From positions 8,866,001 to 8,930,000 of the forward strand of contig OZ116702.1 in NCBI GenBank assembly GCA_964199315.1: a stretch of DNA of 64,000 nucleotides, given 5' to 3'. The stretch's first letter is position 1, and each line of letters starts with the position of its first letter. Source of the stretch: Orbicella franksi (lineage: Eukaryota). The notes below the pieces were generated by a model. It was not told the origin of the DNA and did not search any database. It worked only from the letters and a program-made list of their open reading frames with translations. This document shows positions 11,821 to 21,101 of the stretch, piece after piece. The translations under genes and the position numbers were made by a program.

Positions 11821-11903
11821 TAATCGTCCCCAACCCTTCGATTCTCGTGCTAAGGCCCTGCCGGTTAAGAAGAGGAGCGAAAAGGGCTATGGGGACGAGA
11901 ATG
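11821..11903. repeat. Mini inverted-repeat element or transposon terminus (TCGTCCCC..GGGGACGA type)
   Basis: ATCGTCCCCAACCC at about 11823 and GGGCTATGGGGACGAGAAT at about 11883-11901 are imperfect inverted repeats. Confidence 0.5.
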
Positions 11904-12311
11904 GCCCCAGTAAAGAAATTTGGACATTTTGCGGGAGCGGGGATGAGTATTGCACAGTAAACCTGTGAGCGGGAACTCCACTACAAAGCAATGGGGATGT
12001 TTACTTCAGTGTAAGCCAGATTGCAGTCATCACGGTGTAATATTTCATTGGAGCATTTTTTTTTAGTGTGTGTAGTGGTGTAATATCGACGGGACAAACC
12101 GAAGTATTTCTGTATCTCTAGACTCCATGTTGGTAAGGGCTGCCTTTTTGAAAAGCTTCGTGTCCCCTTCTAGACCTTCTATGTGCACTTTTAACCCTGT
12201 CAGTTGATTAAAATAAAATTATACAGAGTTATAACACGTTTTATAGTGAGAACAGTTGGTGCGGCGCTTTTCTGTCTCGTTAAGGTTGAGGATTTTGCCT
12301 GTCACCTAATT

Positions 12312-12498
12312 AACAAATAAAGAAGCCTCGACTGTGCTCTGTTCTGTTGTAAAGCACGCAGGAAGCAGTAGAGCACGAAAGAAGTGTAGGGGAAAACACG
12401 AGACGTAGTCGAGTGTTTTTCCCTACTTCTTGAGTGCTCTACCGCTTCCTAAGTGCTTTACAACAGAACAGAGCACAGCCGAGGCTTCTTTATTTGTT
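12312..12498. repeat. Near-perfect palindrome of about 187 bp inside a larger interspersed repeat
   Basis: AACAAATAAAGAAGCCTCGACTGTGCTCTGTTCTGTTGTAAAGCAC pairs with GTGCTTTACAACAGAACAGAGCACAGCCGAGGCTTCTTTATTTGTT, and the inner arms also pair. Confidence 0.9.
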
Positions 12499-13893
12499 TT
12501 ATGATAAAGAATCCGATAATTTCTCCACGCATTCGGCTGAATTTTCAAACCAAACTTTATTTTCCAAACGAGCAAAAGTGGCGTCAGCGATGCACTGTTC
12601 TCTGATAAAGCACGCTAAAATAAGCCAATCACAATCCTTGTTAGAATTGTTCAAATAATTTGATTGGCTAACGAAGCGACAGCTGTCAATCACAAACTGG
12701 ACTTCAGCTAAGCTTTCAGTTTCGAGTAGTTTGAGCGGCTTTCGAGAGAAGAACGACGCCTTCAAAGTTCGCTTTTAAGTTAATTTTTAAATACGGATCT
12801 AAGGGCAGGTAAAGGTTTATAGTCCAGAGGAATCCGGCCGTATTGTGGCCCATGAAAACGAGCACCTTTCCAGTGGAAATTACGAAACGCGGAGCTCAAA
12901 GCTTGCGGATGAAAATGCGAAATGCCGAGTTTAATTTGAAAGGAGCTGCAATTATTTACGGCTTGTAGCCGCATGCAGCAAGATTGCCCGAACTAGCGTA
13001 AAAGTTAGAAAGACCAAACGGCTCCCACTGGTTCTACTCCGAGCACAGAAGAGAATATCAGAGCAAGCTTTGCATTGACCACTCGTCGGTTCACTTCGCT
13101 GAGATGACCGGAGAACGAGCGTTACTACACTGCATGTAAGTGTTGTTTAAGCAATTGAGCATTTTTACAAAAATAAAGCTTCTCATCATAAACAGAGACA
13201 GTTCAATTGTTGTTTTCTGTCGTTGTTTTACTTCTTAAGTATAATTTCTGCCTTCGTAACAAATATAATGTCCTTATCGAAGCACTGTTTAGGTTGAGAA
13301 TTTGTTTATTTCGCTATGTGTTTTGTCGGCGGGAATCTAGCAAAACTTGTTATTTTAGTACAGTTTTAACACTACTGTTGCTAACAATGGTCTCTGTGAG
13401 CCATATTTACTGCAGACAAATAGCTCGTTTCCACTGCGTTTGTCTGAGTCACAGGGGATGTTTAATTTGGGTCAAATTCGTCAAAATTCCGAAGCAAAAA
13501 CTTGGAAGCCAACTTACCGTCATCAACCCGTGCTCTGTTCTCTGATAAAGCACGCTGTTTCAGCCAATCAGAGCGCGCGTTATATGGAAACTTTGTTATA
13601 ACAACTTATTACTACGAGAGGTCTGTTTCATTTTCAGACAAAGCATCTGGCATTATTTATCAAAGTGAATACTGGATAGGTCCCTCGGCAGAAGTGAGAA
13701 TCATAACCATCTCTTTGGTCCATATTTGAAACTCATAATTTATGTTTTTGATTCTTCATAATCATCCTCAGACTTTTCTTTTCATCTTCTAGATAATAAT
13801 CTGATCAATCAAGTAGTTGTGATAGAGATTGTGTAGGAAGTTTGACTTTACTACCTCATTTTGTTGCCCTTTTTGTAGTCTCTGGCACAAGTT

Positions 13894-13902
13894 TTATTAT
13901 TA

Positions 13903-13933
<31 letters not shown>

Positions 13934-13934
13934 T
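13894..13934. repeat. (TTA)n/(TTTA)n microsatellite
   Basis: Read directly. Confidence 0.9.
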
Positions 13935-14738
13935 TTTTTTTGCTGCCTCTGAAACAGTTTTCAAACAGTTCATGCTCCTCTATTGCACCAAGGATTCCCA
14001 TTTCAGACAAGTATTATTAAAGGCTCCTTGTCTTACTTAACTGTCCTTTCATTACAGGAACTAGCAACTGATAGGCAACACTTTAGGTCAAATCTGCTAC
14101 GTTTAAACCCCTACTCATCTCTTTGCCTTAGAGTAATAAAACAAACATTCCTTGCACTTGATATAACTTCTTGTTATTCCCCAAAGCCTTGGAGCCAACT
14201 ATCAAACTTGGCCTATTTCAACATTGTGGAGGTTCTGTTGACTCTGGTTTGTCCAAGCTAAAGTCAGTTTTCTGGATAAATGACCATTTTGCCTGTCTAC
14301 CTCATAATTAACTAGCACACACATACAGGTAACATGGCTCATTTGCCTTTTCCTTTGCAGATGAGTGTATGGCAGTCCTATTTTGATTTCCATAAGTATA
14401 ACATAGTTTTCTTCCACTCAAGAATAACAAAGCATGTTATTTTAGTAATCATAATGATCAAGTACACATTGTGGTATATTGAATTAAAGCAAAAATTACT
14501 ATTTTTAATTTTTGGCTTCTACGTTTTTAAAACCGACGTTGCATAATTTGGTCAGTTTAGGAAAGAAATGCAAAGCAGCAAAGATACTACAAAACTAATT
14601 GCCATGATAACATCCAGCGAAACCATCTATTTCCATTCTGTTTACTCTATCTCGTTTCTATAACCATAGTTAATAGAGAAAAATGGTTAGGAAACATTGG
14701 CAACGTTCTGTGTTGTATGTATATCGCTAATTTGGGGA

Positions 14739-14869
14739 TTGACCCTGCACAAAACCTGCAAAATACAAAAGGTGGTTATGTGTGCTCATACAACTAACCA
14801 ATAGAAGCATTGTGATAATGTAATTCATGCATAGTCTATGAGCATAAAACAAAAGATGTGCAGGGTCAA
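14739..14869. mobile_element. 131-bp MITE with 13-bp TIR and 4-bp GGGA TSD
   Basis: GGGA|TTGACCCTGCACA ... TGTGCAGGGTCAA|GGGA. Confidence 0.75.
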
Positions 14870-15261
14870 GGGACCTTCCAACATAAATCTTAGCCTGTTT
14901 GTTTGCTCCTTTGATGTTACCGGCCTTCCTGACCAGTTCCCTCTATTGACTATGCTATGACGGAATGATTCTGCAAACAAAACATTATTGTGTACTAAAA
15001 TCTATTTTGAAGAAATACTTTAAAGGTATGACAGCCCCCAGGGAAACACTGTAATTGAATTCCACTAACTCTCTCCCATTTGGTTGGGAAAAATTGTCTG
15101 AACCAGCCTTTTGTGTGTAACTGGATCTCACACACGTGTTGGCAAAGAAGTATAACTAAATGACGCCAAGATATAGGGCTTGATTTAGGAATGATTTCGT
15201 TGTAAGATTAATAATGTTAGAAAGAGAAATATAGAAAACTTAGTTATAAGTTAATAAAATT

Positions 15262-15498
15262 CACCATCTTTATTAACTTATCACTACTCAAGATGACTTC
15301 GATAGCATTGATCCTAGCAGTATGCAGGACACCTGTCATGTATGAACTCAGTTAAATGACCTTGCTCTCCATGAGTTCTCGTAGCTCAGTGGATAGAGCG
15401 CCCGCCCGGTGTTCAGGAGGTCATGGGTTCGATTCCTGTCGGGGACTCAGAATTTTTCTTTGTCCCACGCTCGTGTCATGTTGATTAATTCACCTTCA
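15262..15498 (+). mobile_element. tRNA-derived SINE-like repeat with a pseudo-tRNA core at 15375-15447
   Basis: A box TAGCTCAGTGG and B box GGTTCGATTCC are present. The acceptor stem GTTCTCG/CGGGGAC and the D stem GCTC/GAGC pair, but the anticodon arm does not. AATTCACC is repeated at both ends. Confidence 0.7.
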
Positions 15499-17540
15499 TA
15501 AAATCTTAGTTGTTATACTCGCCAGCGTTACAAACAGGAATCAGTCAATCTTGTTAAAATTAGGTGAATAGAACCACTTTTCAGATAAATTTGAATGCCT
15601 TATAGCTGGCACAAGATATTGATTCATGCATCACTTCATAATAAAAAACAGAAGAAAAGATTGAAAGGCCTAAAAGAATTTGAAGTCATTGTTAGAATTT
15701 GTGAATATCGGCTATCTTAAAGATCCTTCCTTTTCCTCCTTTGATTGGTTATGTTGAAAAATTTGAAAAAATGGTGTTGATGGTGATGATGGTTATTAAC
15801 ACCGTTCAAGAGAAAGCCTTAAATGCTACAGATATTTTATATGAGTATTTTTTTGTCTTGCGGGTGAGTTGGTAGCACAGTATTTGTACTCTCAGTTCTC
15901 CTGTAGTTCCAAAAGGAGATTCACAAACCAAAAAATATCTAGTAACTGAAACAGGTGGTCAGTGGGCGAGGAGCACTTAGTCTAAGAAAACTACTTCGCA
16001 AATTAATTCGATTGAGATACATCATTCCTTTCTCAAAAGAGTCCCTTGTCAATCATGTGTGATAGATGTTTTAATGTTATTTCAACCTGCAGCAGAAAAG
16101 AACCTTAGATTATTTAACTGTGACCTCTTGTACACATTTGAGAATATTCATGTTCTCTTTTTCTCCTTTAAAGCAAGATCAAACCAAGGGACAGTGCTTC
16201 ACAAAAAGTGTTAATATGGACGACAGCTCCTATGTTGGTTTGATACAAGGTGTGATAGCCTAGACTCAATCATATTCAGAACTGCCACGTTATCAAAGTT
16301 TCTAGAGAAATTAATCTGTGAGGAAAGGAGTGGTATGGAGGGCAAATAGAGAATACTTTAGGTTCTGATTGCATGGTTTTCTTTTCAGCTTATAACTGAC
16401 AGCTGTCAATATCTTGTTATTGTACTAGCTGTAAAATGAAATTTTCCGTTTCAATATTGCTAAAGAACTGAAATAAGGAAAAAAAGTAAGGAGGAACATT
16501 ATTTGCATTATGCTGAGTCCCTTCGAAAAAGCTGGAAATTTCAAGTGTTTCACTCACTGGTTCTTTCAGTAGACTTTTTCAGTAATATAATAGGAAGGAC
16601 ATTACAGAAGAGCAGCCTGTACGAACGCAATACATTTTTAGACGTGAACTAGTTCAGTTCACTTTTGTCATGGTTCCCCGGGGTAATCGGCCAGTGGACG
16701 TGAACTACGGCATTGAGGTACCTCTCCCCTGAGCTATTCTAGACGGACGTTGTGTTTCTTTCAAAAGAACAAGCAAAGTCATACCCTCTCCTTGGGGTTT
16801 TTGTTATGTTGAGGCACACAAGAATAAATTTACATTGAGAAGAGATAGCGCTGTGCTTGCTCTGTGAGATGGCCATATTTTGCAGCCCCCATTTTTGTCA
16901 TATGAGGTCAAACGACATCATTTGATTTGCCATCTTGAATCCATCATCTTGGATCGCTATTTTCTTAACAAGTCGAAAAATACCGGAAATTGATAAAAAA
17001 TCAAACCTTCCCCCCACCCGCTGGTACGTCCGAGGGTTATATATATATAGCTGGGAGGGGCAACCTATATTTGTTTAGATAATTGCGAGATTATCCTTTA
17101 TTGTTCAAGCTTCAAACCTAGCCATACAACTAAACGAGAGTCACTATACAACATTTTTCTCCATCTGAACCAGGCCTCAGGCCTGAAGCACGTGGCTTTC
17201 AATTGAGAATTATGTAACAGATACTATTAATGTCAAATTGTGAATGATTAATAATTACAGACTTAATAGAAAACTCTTTGTGATGGTTTCGGTCTATAAA
17301 CAAACTAAAGAGCGTAAAGTAATATTACTTTAACCCCAAAAAGTGAAGTGCCATGAATTTCAAAACAAATAATGTTCAACGGCTTAAGCCTTTTGTCAGT
17401 TGGCAGTAAATCTGACTACAAATGTCAGTTAAGGTTTTCGAGTATTATCAGTTGTCAGTTATTTATTTTTGTTTTTGTTTTTGCCTTTTGTCAGTTGTCA
17501 AAGAAACCCATCCAGACCCTCACTACCATGCACGTCTCTC

Positions 17541-17692
17541 AATAGGCTACTTTTGATATATTAAAATTCTGCTTGATATTGAGGTCTAGAGGACACAAAC
17601 AAAAGAAATAAATAAACATGGCATTCAAATTCCGTTATCTCCTCTAGGCCTCACTGCCACGCTTAATTTTAATATATCGAAAGTGGTCTATT
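17541..17692. mobile_element. 152-bp MITE with 28-bp TIR (AATAGRCYACTTTYGATATATTAAAATT)
   Basis: The TIRs match at 25/28 positions, and there is an inner inverted repeat GAGGTCTAGAGG / CCTCTAGGCCTC. Confidence 0.8.
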
Positions 17693-17904
17693 AGGCACAT
17701 CGTATAAAGAAGATATTTAGTCAATCCCTCTCACCTCACCCCCCTCACCGGCCCCATCATTCCCCCATCATGATAAACATTTTGGCCACTTTTTTTCGAA
17801 ACCGAGCAAGAGTATCAATTAAATGAATTGTTTTAGTTTTCGTTTTTCTTTCGAATTACTGAAGCTTTGTACATGGACTATTTGCTTGGTACAAAGACTT
17901 TTAA

Positions 17905-18066
17905 GGTGGCTTAAAACAGTTCCCAGCACTTAGATTTTGAGGGCTTGTTATTACCTCTCTTCATCACTTGATGCTACAATCATGGTATCAAAAAACTGCC
18001 CAATCATTAGTGAACACGTTATCATTTTTGTGGCACAATAGGTTACACATAGGGTTCAGAGCCACC
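17905..18066 (-). mobile_element. Internally deleted Kolobok-type MITE, inverted relative to its neighbour
   Basis: TTAA at 17901-17904 and 18067-18070, GGTGGCT termini. The reverse complement aligns to the first ~19 bp and last ~145 bp of 18087-18398. Confidence 0.8.
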
Positions 18067-18086
18067 TTAAATTGTCAAAACTTTAA

Positions 18087-18398
18087 GGTGGCTCTGAACC
18101 CTATGTACTGAATTTTTTTAACCTTTAGCAAATGTTGCATCTTATCATGCCCATTAAAATTTTTAATATAAAAAATTTCACCCTGCCGTTTTTGAATTAT
18201 AAGTCCCTAAAGCTGTAATTAAGGGTGTTCTTCGCAGGTCATACTATTGCTATGGTAACCTATTTTGTCACAAAAATGATAACAATGTGCTCACCAATGA
18301 TTGGGCAATTTTTCTATTCCATGATTGTAGCATCAAGTGATAAAGAGTGGTTATAAGATCCATCAAAATTTAACTGCTGGAAACTGTTTTGAGCCACC
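18087..18398 (+). mobile_element. Kolobok-type MITE, 312 bp, TTAA TSD
   Basis: TTAA|GGTGGCTCTGAACCC ... CTGTTTTGAGCCACC|TTAA, with TTAA at 18083-18086 and 18399-18402. Confidence 0.85.
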
Positions 18399-19242
18399 TT
18401 AACTACGGCTCACGGCTCACTTTAGTTCTCTCTCACGTCACTTTATTCTATGACACATCTATATATCACAGGAATGGAGGTTTTCGTTCTTTGATCATGA
18501 ACTTCATAAACACAGTCTAATAATATAAGAATCTCTATGAAAGGCATTCTTTGATTTATGTTATCAAACTCGTACTTTTGTACTGCAGACAACGTGTGTC
18601 ACTGGTTTAAAAGTAGTCTGAGAATAATCAAACATACTAGCTTCTATTCAGCAAAACTGATCTTTTTATTTTCCTACAAAATAACGATGCGGCAAATCGA
18701 TTATAAAACTGACAAAAAAGAAAAAGAGATAAGTGTGCATTTCTAAAACATCTACTACTGTTAAAATACGTCTCATTTAATATTCGGATGCAAAATTTGA
18801 ACGCAATTGTAAAACGTCAACCGGACTAAAAAGCCATACTACTCTCATCTATCTGTTTTCTCTATTCGGGTGGTATGCCTGCAAACTAGTTTTGAGCAAG
18901 TGTATAATGACTACTAAAATCATGCAATTACCTTTCACTTGTCTCATTTCTACACTGATAAGTACGAGACAAACTACATCTACAACGAGTAAACAGGAGA
19001 GGACTCGTGTTTTCAACTAGAACGAACAAGTCTATCGTTTATATAGGATGACGCACCTGCGTGTATACCTGACTTGAAACTGACAATATAACTGAGGTTA
19101 CACGTAGACTAACAGCTCAGTTTTTGCCTAGCCTGTGATTGAAAGGTATAGTAGCAAATGGGAACGTCTAAAGGGGTCCTCTGGTTGGTGAAAAAGCTCT
19201 ACACTTACAAAGGCAAAACGACCTATTGAATATTGTATTTGA

Positions 19243-19638
19243 AGGAACACTGTCAAGATATATTTCCTTTAAACTGTTATAAATTCACGAAATGGCCCCT
19301 AAATTTAAGTAATAAGAACTTAATTAGCTCTAAGTAAATGATTAAAATCAATTTCGTGAAGAAAGTCCACAATGCAGCAACATTTTTGCAAAATTTCAAC
19401 AATTTTCAGGCTAAACTTGAACCTTTTAAAAACTGACATCCCGACCTTTTTTCAAAAATCCATATCGCAATCCGTTTCCATCCTCGCCATCGTTATCCAT
19501 CCTGACTTCCTAGTGGGTTTTAATTATTTGTCGAGTGCTGCTCTACAAAATAAAACCATTATTGTTCAGCTTCCAATGATCGACTGGATATGTTTTTGAG
19601 ACTTTAAAAATCATACTAAAAATGGTGATAGTGTCCCT
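19243..19638. mobile_element. Kolobok-type MITE, 396 bp
   Basis: TTGA|AGGAACACTGTCA ... TGATAGTGTCCCT|TTAA. The TIR matches at 11/13 and the left TSD has one mismatch. Confidence 0.7.
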
Positions 19639-20402
19639 TTAATATCCCAACAAAATGACTCTTAATTTACTTGGAGCAAGGCTTAATAAAAGGTAAGTTG
19701 TCTTTGACTTTAGAACATAACTGAAACCAAACGCGACATTAACGCAAACTATGGTTATAATACTGACTGGAATTCTCCTCTGACTGTTTGGTTAATTTGA
19801 ACACTAAAAGCGAAGTTTCTAACGGTAGATAACGAGATATAAAAAAACATGCACTACCGGAGACGAGAACTCCACGCTAAAAATCGTACTTGGGTTTGAA
19901 TTTGGCTATATGAGCACTTCGATACATCAATCACTGTCCTTAAATCTACTGGTTTACTTCGAAGCTTTATTGTTCGATAAAGTTTAAATCGTCCACTGCT
20001 GCACACATGAGTATGAAGATTGGTCATCACTGTGAGAAATGCATGCGCACCCCTGCTTGAATCTTTCCAGTGGCACGTTTCTGTCACAGCCTGTCAAATT
20101 CAGTTTATAGCATTAGTTGTTGATATCTACACGTCATTAAATAAACGAAAGGACAGATATAAATATGCATATCACCCTTGCATATGTGCATGTGACATTA
20201 AACAAACCAAAAACATTTTCCTTGTTTCCATCGATTAATTTTTCAGTGGAATTCTACTGATATACTATAATACAATCTGATGGCTGGAGGTGGCGATCGT
20301 CCACATAATGACCGGCGACGCCCTTGTCAGCTATGTCTTGTGATAATTGTTACTAGAAACATGTAATCGTCCCACGGAGAGAGATCGCGAGGCGACTGTC
20401 CA

Positions 20403-20408
20403 TTTATT
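20403..20408 (-). terminator. Candidate polyadenylation signal of sacsin copy A
   Basis: AATAAA on the minus strand about 65 nt after the stop codon at 20472. Confidence 0.4.
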
Positions 20409-20471
20409 TATCATGAATTTCACACCCACTTATGGACACACAGTACAGTATTTCTTTCTTCAGAACGCACC

Positions 20472-20750
20472 TTAAGAAATCCGGTCTTTAACACGCTCGA
20501 CGATCTTCTTGGCAAGCTGCAAGGCTTGTTGAGCCATTTGGGCCGAGTAAACGTCGTTTGGAATCTGAGGAAAATGCATCCGATCTGGATAGCGCATGCG
20601 TGTTGAATCGCCAACAAGAACCTCCAACTGCCAAGCCAATTCGGTTAACTCTGAGTCATTCAAGCCGTTGCAATTCTGGACCAAGTTGTGGACACTAGTC
20701 TTGTCGGCGTCTATTGTGTACTGAGCGGCTTTCAGGGCTTTCTCCGCTGC
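20472..20750 (-). CDS. SACS: Sacsin-like copy A, last exon (C-terminal part of HEPN)
   Basis: Acceptor TTTTGTAG| at 20751. Reads AAEKALKAAQYTIDADKTSVHNL...RMRYPDRMHFPQIPNDVY...KDRIS*. 279 nt, phase 0. Confidence 0.92.
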   Translation of the reverse strand, partial: AAEKALKAAQYTIDADKTSVHNLVQNCNGLNDSELTELAWQLEVLVGDSTRMRYPDRMHFPQIPNDVYSAQMAQQALQLAKKIVERVKDRIS

Positions 20751-21101
20751 CTACAAAAGCAGCATTCGCTTAGACTGAGCAAGTGTTAATTTGATAAGTT
20801 ATGTTTTCAATTTTGATGAAAACGGTCGGGAAAGGGACAGTTATTTGAGCAACTGTAAGTACTCCAAGAGTAATTAAAATAGCACAAGCACATTTTTTAA
20901 AATAAGTATATGCTTGGAGAATTTCATGTAGCTGTACATTAATCTCCACATGCTGTCGTTATGGTGAAATATTGGATGCATCAGTCAACATATATGGCTT
21001 CAAAATGTGCTTCAAAATATGCATGTACAGAATGTTTCTCTTACCACCTGCACCTTGCTATCAAATTAGATTAAAGCTAGGGAAACACTTGTTAATCTTA
21101 C

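Noticed and set aside
12780-13140. GC-richer stretch ending in a GTAAGT donor as a host exon
   Set aside because: All frames are interrupted, with no recognisable product or downstream partner exon.
15375-15447. Functional tRNA gene
   Set aside because: The anticodon stem is mispaired, there is no U33, there is no immediate T-run terminator, and it is embedded in a repeat.
16170-16350. Broken frame LLCWFDTRCDSLDSIIFRTATLSKFLEKLICEE, reminiscent of a hAT transposase C.TRW.S region
   Set aside because: It is too short and degenerate, with no other motifs or termini.
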